Assembly: GCF_037442045.1 (NCBI RefSeq)
Contig: NZ_JBBIRC010000001.1
Location: 1-58,002, forward strand
Direction: 5' to 3'
DNA: 58,002 bases
From: Ferroplasma sp.
Lineage (GTDB): Archaea; Thermoplasmatota; Thermoplasmata; Thermoplasmatales; Thermoplasmataceae
Positions 49,167 to 58,002 of the stretch are shown in pieces. The translations under genes and the position numbers were made by a program. The notes under the pieces were generated by a model. That model saw only the letters and a list, made by a program, of their open reading frames with translations. It was not told where the DNA came from and searched no databases. Numbering within the stretch: position 1 is the first letter of the stretch; every line of letters begins with the position of its first letter.

Positions 49167-49172
49167 ATTTAT

Positions 49173-50315
49173 TCACCTCTCTATTTTTAATACATCCAGG
49201 CATTTTACTTTCAATTGAGCCCCATAGACTGAAGAAAGATTTGGCACCGTTCTTCCATTGTCGCCATTTATTAATTCCTTTATATATGTCCCGGATTGAG
49301 CCCTTATTTTTATTCTTGCTTCCTTATCATGTATATCTTCTATATTTATATATTTTATTTCTTTTTTTCTTACAAGATCGGATCGATTGCCGGAAACTCT
49401 TTCCGGAGTTCTCTGCGATATTGTATAATTTTCAAATTTGGAAGCGGATTCCTGAAGCTTTTTTTCATTAAATGGATCTATGCATTCTATTGTTGCCAGA
49501 TATGTCTTGTCGTAAGCAGCTTCCTTTATTTGCTTTATAGTTTTCTTATCTGTAAATTCAAGATCTGAAATGTATATGTTATTGCCGGAATTATTCACTT
49601 CGTCCATAAACTCTTTCAAGGAAATGTTTCTTATTGCAGGTTCATTAATCTCCATGACAAACTCCCTTCCATTGCCAAGCATCATGACATCAACATCTTC
49701 CCTGCCTGACCCATGGAATTTATAATTTTTTCCTCCTGCAAGTTTTAAAAGTATTTCACCTATAATTGATTCCAGTGTATCACCGGTTCCATTCAGCCAC
49801 CTTGTTTGAGGCATATCCCTTCTTTTTTTTATATATGTTCCATAGATATATAATGGCTTTACTATAAGTTCCACATTATCATAAATTGTATTGATTTCGA
49901 TTAATATGTCTGAATCTTTTGAAAATTCTTTCCCTGTTATCTTTGTAAAATATTTGCCAAATTCTCTGTTAAATTCCTTTTTTATGCTTTCTCCATTATT
50001 GCCAAATTTATTCTGAATTAGTTCCTCTTCCAGCATTATTTCCGGTTCGAATTTTGAACCAATTAATATTGTTGAGTACTCTCTGGTTCCTATTGCATCT
50101 TTTACCATACTGGAATATTTTTCAAAGTCATTGAAAATTCCCCTACAAATTCTGCATGTATCCGGCACATTTACCGGACCGTAAAACGCTTTATATGCAA
50201 ACTCCAGTTTTGTTCCTCTCTCATAATCCGTAAGCCCTGTATCAATATTTGCAAAAATGCGGCCTGTACATCTTATGCACAGTCCATCTGTAAATAATTC
50301 TTTAAAATCTTTCAT
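49173..50315 (-). CDS. pus10: tRNA pseudouridine(54/55) synthase Pus10
   Basis: N-terminal CxxC...CxxC, KKEFNRE, PQTRW, FHGSGREDVDV (catalytic Asp), QRTP.RV, GTYIKELI.GD.GRT.P. Confidence 0.94.
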   Translation of the reverse strand: MKDFKELFTDGLCIRCTGRIFANIDTGLTDYERGTKLEFAYKAFYGPVNVPDTCRICRGIFNDFEKYSSMVKDAIGTREYSTILIGSKFEPEIMLEEELIQNKFGNNGESIKKEFNREFGKYFTKITGKEFSKDSDILIEINTIYDNVELIVKPLYIYGTYIKKRRDMPQTRWLNGTGDTLESIIGEILLKLAGGKNYKFHGSGREDVDVMMLGNGREFVMEINEPAIRNISLKEFMDEVNNSGNNIYISDLEFTDKKTIKQIKEAAYDKTYLATIECIDPFNEKKLQESASKFENYTISQRTPERVSGNRSDLVRKKEIKYINIEDIHDKEARIKIRAQSGTYIKELINGDNGRTVPNLSSVYGAQLKVKCLDVLKIER

Positions 50316-50322
50316 AAAAAAA

Positions 50323-50454
50323 TTATCTGGCCTTTACTACTTTTTCTACGTTAGGCCTTTCCTTTATAAATACCCTTGAACCACATTCACATTCTATATC
50401 TGTGGTGCCAAAGGATTTTTCAAGCTGTCTTCCACATCTTATGCATTTATACAT
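50323..50454 (-). CDS. rpoP: RNA polymerase subunit Rpo12 (RpoP; not in the ORF track)
   Basis: Hand translation [43 protein letters not shown]; Zn ribbon; follows rpl37ae. Confidence 0.93.
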   Translation of the reverse strand: MYKCIRCGRQLEKSFGTTDIECECGSRVFIKERPNVEKVVKAR

Positions 50455-50704
50455 GGTTGTTTATCTCCTTTACAGTTTCACTGCTGTATTCCGGTGTGTA
50501 TGATCCACCGGCAAATTTGTAACCGCAATGCCTGCATTCCCATATACCATTGGCTATTCTCTTAACTTTCTTCTGCTTGCATGATGGGCATGTATAAAAG
50601 CTGATTTTCTGTTTATATATTTTATTCCATGCTTTTCTTACTGTAACACCATACCTTGGACCGAAACGGCCTGAAGCCCCTACTTTTACTGTGTGTTTTG
50701 TCAT
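50447..50704 (-). CDS. rpl37ae: 50S ribosomal protein L37Ae
   Basis: [28 protein letters not shown]. Confidence 0.96.
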   Translation of the reverse strand: MTKHTVKVGASGRFGPRYGVTVRKAWNKIYKQKISFYTCPSCKQKKVKRIANGIWECRHCGYKFAGGSYTPEYSSETVKEINNHV

Positions 50705-50708
50705 ATAT

Positions 50709-51491
50709 TCACCTTAAATATGTTTCCCTTAATTTATTGCCTGTATTACTTGATGTTTTTATAGCTTTTCTTATTTCATCAAGTGAAAATTCTCCAATTT
50801 CGCCTTTTTGCATGGCATGAATATTGTGATCCTCTGAAATTGTTACAGTTATTCTACCATTTGAAATCTGTTCTTCTTCAAGATCCGGATCACATATAAG
50901 TTCATCACCGATTTTTGCCATGGTAACAGCCACTGGGGTTGCATTGAGCGGAAGTTTATAATCCTTTTGCCCGATTTTGGAAGCTGGAACAACGGTATTT
51001 TTTAATGCAGCAACAACTGCAATTGTAGCTGCATCTATTATATTTCCATCATAATTTAACACATCTATATCAACAAATATCATCCATACTCTTTTTCCGG
51101 ATTCTATTACCAGTTTTGATGTATCAACCATCTTGCTTTCTCTTATTCCTCTGTCAACAACTCTGGAATATTCAATTGCCTGCTCACTTGGAGGGCCGGA
51201 TTCAAAGGTTGGAAATGCCATTGGAAGCAACTCTATATTCAATGCCATTACACCACTGTCAGGAGAATCCTCAAATGGAGTTCCTTCTTCAACCTTTATT
51301 CCAGCTACAACTTTTGTTTTACCTAGCTCTACCATGGCGGATCCGGCTGCTTTTGGAATAAAATTTTCGGTTATTTTAATTTCCCTATAATCTTCCAGCC
51401 CTCTTCCGTCGAGGCGTTTTCCTGTTTTTATGCTTTCTAATATAAATCCCTTTCTGATTTCGGATAATACTGCACTTGAATCCATCGGCAT
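50709..51491 (-). CDS. rrp42: exosome complex protein Rrp42
   Basis: RLDGR...[41 protein letters not shown]. Confidence 0.95.
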   Translation of the reverse strand: MPMDSSAVLSEIRKGFILESIKTGKRLDGRGLEDYREIKITENFIPKAAGSAMVELGKTKVVAGIKVEEGTPFEDSPDSGVMALNIELLPMAFPTFESGPPSEQAIEYSRVVDRGIRESKMVDTSKLVIESGKRVWMIFVDIDVLNYDGNIIDAATIAVVAALKNTVVPASKIGQKDYKLPLNATPVAVTMAKIGDELICDPDLEEEQISNGRITVTISEDHNIHAMQKGEIGEFSLDEIRKAIKTSSNTGNKLRETYLR

Positions 51492-51493
51492 TT

Positions 51494-52216
51494 TTATTCA
51501 CCATCCTCTAAACTGTATTTGCTCATCAAAGCATTTCTCTGCAATTCTGAAATTCTGGGCATTGCATTCATCATCATTGATGTGGCCTGATTCAATTCAT
51601 CCTCAGACACATCGCCATCAAGCTGAAGAAGAACAACTTTTCCAGTTCTTGGCAGGATTGCCATGGGTATATCTGCCTGCCCGAAATTATCTTCATCCTT
51701 TGAAAGATCAAGGACAATTTTTCCATCAGCTTTTCCTGCTGTGCATCCTACAACAATATCTCTCATTGGAACTCCAGCATCTGCTATAGCTACTGATGCG
51801 GCTGTAAGGCTTGCAATTCTTGTTCCTGCATCAGCTTCTAGAACCTGTATAAAAACATCAATTTCCGCTCTTGGAAGTTTTTCCAGAACTATTGCAGAAG
51901 ACAAAGCTTCGGAAATTACCTTTGATATTTCCATGGTTCTTCTGTCGGGACCGGGGCGTTTTCTTTCTTCTACTGAATATCCTGACATATTATATCTGGC
52001 TTTTACTATAGCCCTGTCAATATTCTGTGCGTGCTTTGGATATGCTTCCCTTACATAAACGGCCACCATAATTTTATTTGCTCCCCATTCTATAAAAGCT
52101 GACCCATCTGCACGGTCAACTACACCGGTCTGAATCTTTATAGGGCGCATTTCATTAAGGGCACGCCCATCCAGCCTGAGCCCATCATCTCTAATCAATT
52201 TTATATCTCCTTCCAT
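51494..52216 (-). CDS. rrp41: exosome complex exonuclease Rrp41
   Basis: RLDGR...EMRP, ADGSA, ERKRPGPDRR, ADAGTR, DL.K.ED..G.AD.P. Confidence 0.96.
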   Translation of the reverse strand: MEGDIKLIRDDGLRLDGRALNEMRPIKIQTGVVDRADGSAFIEWGANKIMVAVYVREAYPKHAQNIDRAIVKARYNMSGYSVEERKRPGPDRRTMEISKVISEALSSAIVLEKLPRAEIDVFIQVLEADAGTRIASLTAASVAIADAGVPMRDIVVGCTAGKADGKIVLDLSKDEDNFGQADIPMAILPRTGKVVLLQLDGDVSEDELNQATSMMMNAMPRISELQRNALMSKYSLEDGE

Positions 52217-52884
52217 TAATTTTCACCTTTCATATTCTTAAGATATTCTTCCATCCTATCTGTTAATCCTATTGTGTGTGCTTCCTTTTCAACTATTCTT
52301 ATTGCTGCTACGGCTTTCTTAACATTTTCAAGATCACCGTCGATCCAGATAAATCCGTTCTGGCCTACAATTATTTTGGTATTTGTATAGTTTTTTATAA
52401 TATTTATCATATTCCCTGCTTTGCCTATAACACGTGGAACCTTTGGAGGCTTTACGGATATAACACGCCCTGATTCCAGTTTTCTCATTCCGTTATCTCT
52501 CATTGATACCCAGCTTTCCTTTATCTCGTTGGATACTGAAATCCTTGCATATATATAATCACCAACCTTTAAATAACGGCTAAGGTCGCCAGAAGAAACG
52601 CGCCACGGAGTGTCGTTCATATGCATAATAGCATAATATGGTGAATTTATATCCACTGTCCACATTGTTGGGCCTATATCCATTATTTTTCCAATAACCT
52701 TATCATTGGTTCTGGGCAAATAAGGGCTGTTGAATGGAGCTACATCAACAAATTTCTCACTTTCCTGAATTACGCCAAAGTATTCAGAAAAAAATTCTGA
52801 ATCAGATTCATATATACCATTTCTGGGTTTTAATTCTGCTATCTCTATTTTATCCCCAGGATAAACTATTTTTTTTGTCTCCAA
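52216..52884 (-). CDS. rrp4: exosome complex RNA-binding protein Rrp4
   Basis: V.PGD, Y.P...DKVIG, W.VDINSPY, PRVIGK.G.M (KH), VGQNG.IW. TTG start follows AGGTG. Confidence 0.95.
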   Translation of the reverse strand: METKKIVYPGDKIEIAELKPRNGIYESDSEFFSEYFGVIQESEKFVDVAPFNSPYLPRTNDKVIGKIMDIGPTMWTVDINSPYYAIMHMNDTPWRVSSGDLSRYLKVGDYIYARISVSNEIKESWVSMRDNGMRKLESGRVISVKPPKVPRVIGKAGNMINIIKNYTNTKIIVGQNGFIWIDGDLENVKKAVAAIRIVEKEAHTIGLTDRMEEYLKNMKGEN

Positions 52885-52991
52885 TTGAATACACCTTTTA
52901 CTTTATGAAATATACATTCGTAATATATTTATCTTTGTGATTGATTTTACATTAATATATAAATGATTTTAATAGTAAATGGATTTAAAAA

Positions 52992-53684
52992 TCATTTTAA
53001 TAATTTTATGTCTGCCTCACCATTTGTTTTTCTGTTCACTAGATCCATCAAATCACCCTGCATTCCTGCCGGTATTTCCACAACACATATGTAATCACCT
53101 GCATTTGACCATTCTTCTTTTAATATGGTACCCATTTTCGCAATATCACCGTAAAGCCTTCCATATGCGTCACCAGAAAGTTTCACTGCGAGCCTTGCCT
53201 TTTCCATCCTTATTGGTATCAGTGGCCTTATTGCTTTGAGCACCATTTGAACCTGTTCATCAACTCCTTTAAACGGATCTATCCGAACTTTTGCCTCCTC
53301 CATAGCTTCTTCTATCCTTATTGCCGGTATTGGTGTATTGGTTTGTGGATTTATTGCTTCACGAACAAGTTCATTAATTACCTGTTTTCTTTTCAATTCA
53401 AGCATTTCCCTTCTCTGATCTGTTGTTAACTGAATCTGCCCTCTTTTTATTATCTCTATTGCAATCTGAGCTATATCTGTAGTTTTAAAAACGTGCTTCA
53501 GTATTTCTTCATTTGTCCGTTCACCTTTTTTTGCATCCTTAAATATTTCAGGCAATGCGAGATCGTTTTCAAGATCTATTTTTCCATTCCGTATTCTGGA
53601 AGCTGCGTCAGGATCCACAAGGATTTCAAAGCGATAACCGTTATATTCAAATCTTGCGATTACTGCTTCATCTGTACTTACCAT
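52992..53684 (-). CDS. ribosome assembly factor SBDS
   Basis: AVIAR, FEILVDP, FKDAKKG, QLTTDQRR, INPQT..P.P..RIE.A, IPAG. Confidence 0.95.
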   Translation of the reverse strand: MVSTDEAVIARFEYNGYRFEILVDPDAASRIRNGKIDLENDLALPEIFKDAKKGERTNEEILKHVFKTTDIAQIAIEIIKRGQIQLTTDQRREMLELKRKQVINELVREAINPQTNTPIPAIRIEEAMEEAKVRIDPFKGVDEQVQMVLKAIRPLIPIRMEKARLAVKLSGDAYGRLYGDIAKMGTILKEEWSNAGDYICVVEIPAGMQGDLMDLVNRKTNGEADIKLLK

Positions 53685-53713
53685 TGTTGATAATGATTTA
53701 TTTAAATAAAAAA

Positions 53714-54826
53714 TTATACTTTTATTTTATTTTTTGGTACCGATGCAATAAGGAAAAATATAGCACTTATACTTGAGATTAAAACAAATACAAAGGATAT
53801 TTCATGATCGAATAAAAACAGAGCGGCAAATATGGTGCTGCCAAGAAAGCCTGATATTGCCTTTCCTGTGTAGAATACTCCATTGTTAGCAGTGGAGAAC
53901 CTTGAACCAAAAATATCCCCTATTAATGAGAAATACATAGAAATCATTGCACCTCCGAAGAATCCTATAAATATTATTGCGAAAACATACATCCTTAAAA
54001 TTAAAAATATTGATCCAAGTATCAAAAATGAATCTATCAGCATAACGACTTTTGTTCGTCCAATAAGGTCTGATATATATCCAAGTATAGGTCTGCTTAC
54101 ACCACTGAGAAGTGGGAATAATGAAACAAGTATTGTAAATTCAACAAGTGGCAGTGTTTCGCCCAGATATCCAAATGAAGCCGAAACTACTATTAATGGA
54201 ATGGCACCCAGTATAAATGATATATACAGTATCCAGAATCTCTTGTTTTTAAGATTCTTGGATGTTTTTTCACCGACCAGTGCCTGAGTTTCCGGATATT
54301 TTGCCTTCATTAAAAGTACAGGAAGTATAATTATTTCCGAAACTCCTATTATAAGCATTGGTTCCCTGAATGACACTGCCCTTGCTATGAAAATGTTTGC
54401 AACCGCGGCGCCCAGTCCAAATCCCAGCGAAACAAATCCCACCGCAAATCCCCTCCTGCCTTTAAACCATTTAACTGCAAGATTTGTGGATATGCCATAT
54501 AATATTCCTTCTCCAATGCTGCCCAGTGACCACAGTATATAAAAAAGGTATAGATTGCTGATAAATGAGGTGCCCAGAAATCCAAGAGAGGATAAGACTG
54601 CTGAAAATATTCCTATATTTCTTGGCCCATTCTTGTCAGCAAAATAACCGCCAACACCCTGAAAACCTGTAGAAAATATGGCAAAGAGGGTAAAAGCAAC
54701 TTCTATTTCCACAAGAGAAACGTTTAATCCTGTTTTAAGCAAGGGCTCAAAAACGTTCCATGAATATTGATAAAGTGAATTAAAAGACATTATTACAACG
54801 CCGATTATAAGATAACCTTTTTTCAC
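53714..54826 (-). CDS. MFS transporter (oxalate/formate antiporter-like)
   Basis: YQYSW, GYFADKNGPR, KWF..RRG.A.G, GYISDLIGR, FG......NG..YT.K. Confidence 0.88.
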   Translation of the reverse strand: MKKGYLIIGVVIMSFNSLYQYSWNVFEPLLKTGLNVSLVEIEVAFTLFAIFSTGFQGVGGYFADKNGPRNIGIFSAVLSSLGFLGTSFISNLYLFYILWSLGSIGEGILYGISTNLAVKWFKGRRGFAVGFVSLGFGLGAAVANIFIARAVSFREPMLIIGVSEIIILPVLLMKAKYPETQALVGEKTSKNLKNKRFWILYISFILGAIPLIVVSASFGYLGETLPLVEFTILVSLFPLLSGVSRPILGYISDLIGRTKVVMLIDSFLILGSIFLILRMYVFAIIFIGFFGGAMISMYFSLIGDIFGSRFSTANNGVFYTGKAISGFLGSTIFAALFLFDHEISFVFVLISSISAIFFLIASVPKNKIKV

Positions 54827-54859
54827 ATATCAAAATTAAGTTTAATAATATAAATATTC

Positions 54860-55096
54860 TTACAATTTTTGTTTCATTCGAATTCTTTTAATAAATTTGT
54901 TTATTGCAAAGATTCCCCAGATTGATTCTATAACTCCGAATGGATATACTCCTGAGAGAATACCATAAATGGCTGAACCGAAGCACATCAATGCAAATAA
55001 TAATGAGTATTTTGGTGCCCTAGATTCCAGAAGATAGAATACCATCATCATTGCAAGGACTGTTGAACCGTAAAGAGTCAATAAAGTTAGAAACAT
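54860..55096 (-). CDS. small hypothetical membrane protein
   Basis: 78 aa with 3 hydrophobic segments and a YPFGVIESIWG motif. Confidence 0.75.
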   Translation of the reverse strand: MFLTLLTLYGSTVLAMMMVFYLLESRAPKYSLLFALMCFGSAIYGILSGVYPFGVIESIWGIFAINKFIKRIRMKQKL

Positions 55097-55133
55097 TATT
55101 CACAATTATATGTAACTAAAAATAATTTTGTAC

Positions 55134-55736
55134 TTAAAATAATACAAATATTATTGTCAGCAATAAAATTACTGCAACCAGATAATCAATTTTTTCAGGT
55201 GTGAATGATGCAAGTTTTTTTATAAGAACTTTACTTAATAAAAGTGTTATCACAAGAAGGGCTAAAGCAGATGATATAACAAACAGAAACAATGTTAAAT
55301 AAACGAAATGAATGCCATAAACCACGGCTATAAGTATTACTGGAACAATAGCAGGATCAGGTATTATGCTTACCAGCAATATAGATTTTTCAATTTCTTT
55401 CGACTTTGATTCCTGTTTATTTCTTTCATGCCTGGCATTAATAACTATGTATGTTGCTACAAAAATAAGCAATGCCACAGCAAAGACCTTTATATAAAAC
55501 TGCGGAAAGAGATACATTCCAAATATGGCTATTGCAAATGAAAGTACAGCGGAGAAAATTCCATGGATTAACCCAAGGCCAAAAGATAATGTTCCGGTTT
55601 CACTGCTTCTGAACTTTTTATGAATGGAGTATGATAAAATTGGTGTCCAGTGGTCAGGGGCAATCATATGCAATGTTGCTATTACAATTGCCAGGCTTAC
55701 GATTGCGGCTGGAAGCAGAATATAAAGTGCAAACAT
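55134..55736 (-). CDS. putative Ni/Co transporter (NicO/RcnA-like)
   Basis: LHMIAPDHW (H-x3-PDH metal motif), G..HG; multi-TM. Confidence 0.65.
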   Translation of the reverse strand: MFALYILLPAAIVSLAIVIATLHMIAPDHWTPILSYSIHKKFRSSETGTLSFGLGLIHGIFSAVLSFAIAIFGMYLFPQFYIKVFAVALLIFVATYIVINARHERNKQESKSKEIEKSILLVSIIPDPAIVPVILIAVVYGIHFVYLTLFLFVISSALALLVITLLLSKVLIKKLASFTPEKIDYLVAVILLLTIIFVLF

Positions 55737-55835
55737 AAGAGCCAATAGTGTTATCGTATAAGAAATTATATATAAAATATGGCTTTTAAATTAATTTTAA
55801 AAAATTGTTAAATAGGCAATTAATATGGATAATAG

Positions 55836-56444
55836 ATGGAAAAAATAGAGGTTAAAAATCCCGGGCAGCATTATGTTGACAACTGGATTATCTATGATGC
55901 ACTTGGTGGACCAGCCATAGATGAAAACAAATGGTCTTTAAAAGTTACCGGGCTTGTAAATAAACCGGCTGAATATACATATAAGGAATTAAATAAAATG
56001 CCAGGAATTGAATATATTTCAGATTTTAATTGTGTTACAAAATGGTCAATAAAAGAAGCTAAATTTACAGGGCCATCATTAAGGGACATTATAATGAAAT
56101 CCGAACCATCGCCAGATGCCGAGTGGGTTATGTTCATATGTGCCGATGGGTATGATACGCCGATACCTTTTGATGACGCTGTTGATGAAAAGAGCGTACT
56201 TGCATTGAAAATTGATGATAAGCCCCTTGGGATCAAACACGGGTTTCCTGCAAGGCCTTTTATGCCTTCGCTTTATGGCTGGAAAAGTGCAAAATGGGTT
56301 ACAGAAATAAAATTAATGGAAAAGTATGAAGATGGATACTGGGAGGCTTATGGCTACCATGAAAGGGGGAAAGTTGAAGACCAGGAACGTTTCAAGGGCT
56401 TTGAATGGAAGAAGATCAGGAGGCATTCAGAAATAGACAAATAA
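55836..56444 (+). CDS. sulfite oxidase-family molybdopterin oxidoreductase (cytoplasmic)
   Basis: W.L.V.GLV, DFNCVTKWS (Mo-ligand Cys), HGFPAR, YGWKSAKW, GYWE..GYH. No Tat signal. Confidence 0.9.
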   Translation: MEKIEVKNPGQHYVDNWIIYDALGGPAIDENKWSLKVTGLVNKPAEYTYKELNKMPGIEYISDFNCVTKWSIKEAKFTGPSLRDIIMKSEPSPDAEWVMFICADGYDTPIPFDDAVDEKSVLALKIDDKPLGIKHGFPARPFMPSLYGWKSAKWVTEIKLMEKYEDGYWEAYGYHERGKVEDQERFKGFEWKKIRRHSEIDK

Positions 56445-56515
56445 TGTTGTATTTATAGATTTAAAGCAATTGAAATCGAATAAACACTTTCTGGATTTAA
56501 TTAAATATTATTTGA

Positions 56516-57280
56516 TTATTTATTCAGCAACAATTCCAGAGGTGCATGGTCTGAACCCTTGACATCTTCCAGTATTATGGAATCCTGAACATTTTTTATA
56601 AAATTATCACTTACAAGAAAATAATCTATCCTCCAACCTATATTCTTTTCACGGGCATTAAATCTGTAGGACCACCAGGAATAATGTTCTGATTCCTTAT
56701 GGAAATACCTGTAAGTATCAATATAACCATGGGATAGCATATTTGTCATGGAATCACGCTCCTCTATGGTAAAACCAGCATTTCTTTCATTTCCTTTAGG
56801 CCTTGCTATATCTATTTCCTCATGGGCTACATTGAAATCCCCTGTAATTATAACCGGTTTTTTAGTTTTTAAGCCATCCATATATTCAAGAATTTTATTG
56901 TTGAATTTTATTTTGTAATCCAGTCTTGGAAGCCCGTGCTGTGAGTTCGGGAAGTATGAATTTATAAGATAAAAATTATCATATTCGAATGTCTGTACTC
57001 TGCCTTCTGAATCTGATATTTCATCACCAATGCCTTCAGTATAACTTTCTACTTCCAGTTTTGACAGTGCCATTGTGCCACTGTATCCTTTTTTGTCTGC
57101 TGAATTTGTATATATTTTATATCCAAGGTGATGTATTTCTTCCGGTATCTCAGTTTTTTCCGCCTTTATTTCCTGCATCAGAATAATATCGGGATCTTCT
57201 TTTTTTAAAGTGTCTGTAATTCCATTCTTTACAGCGGCCCGCAAACCGTTGACATTCCATGATAATATTTTCATATTCAT
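56516..57280 (-). CDS. xth: exodeoxyribonuclease III / AP endonuclease
   Basis: SWNVNGLRA, QEIK, GYSG, EGR, YFPN, GDFNVAH, YSWWSYR, GWRIDYF, SDHAP. Confidence 0.96.
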   Translation of the reverse strand: MNMKILSWNVNGLRAAVKNGITDTLKKEDPDIILMQEIKAEKTEIPEEIHHLGYKIYTNSADKKGYSGTMALSKLEVESYTEGIGDEISDSEGRVQTFEYDNFYLINSYFPNSQHGLPRLDYKIKFNNKILEYMDGLKTKKPVIITGDFNVAHEEIDIARPKGNERNAGFTIEERDSMTNMLSHGYIDTYRYFHKESEHYSWWSYRFNAREKNIGWRIDYFLVSDNFIKNVQDSIILEDVKGSDHAPLELLLNK

Positions 57281-57411
57281 GTTATAATTATATTGTATAT
57301 AAAAGAAATTGTACAGATTTTTGAACTGATTTTGCTCCTGTTGTTCATACAACTTTGTTGTATTCCGAATATAAGTTGCAATGTTTATATACATATCTAT
57401 GATTATTTAGT

Positions 57412-57807
57412 ATGGAGATACTGGCTGTGCCTGTAACTGAAGATAAGGTAGATATGCCCGGCAAGGCAAGTGAAGTCCACGTATATGAAATACCAGATAA
57501 TATGGATAAGTATATTTTAATAAAAAGATATGAAAATGTGGCATTAAAAATAAAGGATGATGGTGGCCTGCCACTTCTGGAATCTCTGATAAAAGAGAAG
57601 GTTAATTCAGTAATATTGCCTGGAATAGGTGGCCCGGGAATAACTTTTCTGCACAATAAAATAAAGGTGTATATATCTACAGGCGAAGAAATTGGAGCAC
57701 TGGACAATTATCTGGCAAATAAGCTAAAATATACAGATAAACCTACAGTATTCAATTGCCCTGAAATATTATTCAAAAAAGCAGAGGAGTATAGAAATAA
57801 ATTATAA
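57412..57807 (+). CDS. NifB/NifX-family (iron-molybdenum cofactor-binding-like) protein
   Basis: ILAVP...G.A....VYE, EN, VILPGIGGPG...L...IKVY pattern; 131 aa. Confidence 0.6.
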   Translation: MEILAVPVTEDKVDMPGKASEVHVYEIPDNMDKYILIKRYENVALKIKDDGGLPLLESLIKEKVNSVILPGIGGPGITFLHNKIKVYISTGEEIGALDNYLANKLKYTDKPTVFNCPEILFKKAEEYRNKL

Positions 57808-58002
57808 CATCCAGGTTTAACCGGACCAAAATTTGCAATATAGAAATACCATAACCGTTTTAGTTGATAAAACAGATAAAATTTATGTACTTTCATATTA
57901 TAGATTTTATTACATGCCTGATACCATTTATGTGTATAAAGACCACCAGATTACCGGACCGAATAATTATTCTGTTAACATCATTGCATCTGATCATGGA
58001 AA

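Noticed and set aside
909-57896. Numerous 60-190 aa antisense or alternate-frame ORFs in the track (e.g. 18152-18667, 25682-26245, 26217-26714, 44599-45141, 48035-48538)
   Set aside because: They lie within or opposite well-supported genes, have Ser/Ile/Phe-rich shadow composition and carry no motifs.
1-58002. CRISPR array, IS/transposase, integrase, prophage or defence island
   Set aside because: I saw no regularly spaced repeats, no transposase, integrase or cas-like ORFs, and no obvious compositional break. Nearly all genes are core functions.
57808-58002. Repeated ACCGGACC (about 57820 and 57953) and a short minus-strand frame (MIRCNDV...) running off the window edge
   Set aside because: Two 8-mers are compatible with chance. 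The frame is short, has no motif and is truncated by the window, so it cannot be assessed.

Overview
AT-rich, gene-dense archaeal chromosomal region. Gene content, gene order and protein style suggest Thermoplasmatales, most like Ferroplasma; this is an inference and no database was consulted. It is almost entirely core genome. Contents: tRNA-Gly(TCC), tpiA, a complete trpB2-A-D-F-E-G-C operon ending in a DAHP synthase, rtcB, a divergent Dpp/Opp-type ABC locus, a cobamide completion cluster (cobD-cbiP-cbiB-cobT), pyrF/pyrE, the rps19e-PDCD5-rpl39e-rpl31e-aIF6 operon, a ferritin-like/VIT1 iron protein, tdk, nnr, tRNA-Pro(TGG), cytochrome bd-type oxidase, mqnD, the HMG-CoA synthase/thiolase/DUF35 cluster, the exosome superoperon running into pus10-rpl21e-rpoF-DUF655-rsmA, transporters and xth. 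I saw no IS, integrase, prophage or CRISPR array. Two small genes missing from the ORF track were read by hand (rpl39e, rpoP). Most notable observations: (1) a box C/D sRNA at 39641-39708 whose D-guide places the +5 nucleotide on 16S C1402 (E. coli numbering); (2) the thiolase of the mevalonate cluster has all three catalytic motifs substituted while its HMG-CoA synthase partner is intact; (3) three more intact ORFs that look catalytically dead (DppD-like ATPase, carbamate-kinase-like, acyl-CoA-ligase-like); (4) a TrpE lacking the Trp feedback motifs. Protein calls come from motif recognition by eye, and several start codons were adjusted using RBS/TATA spacing.
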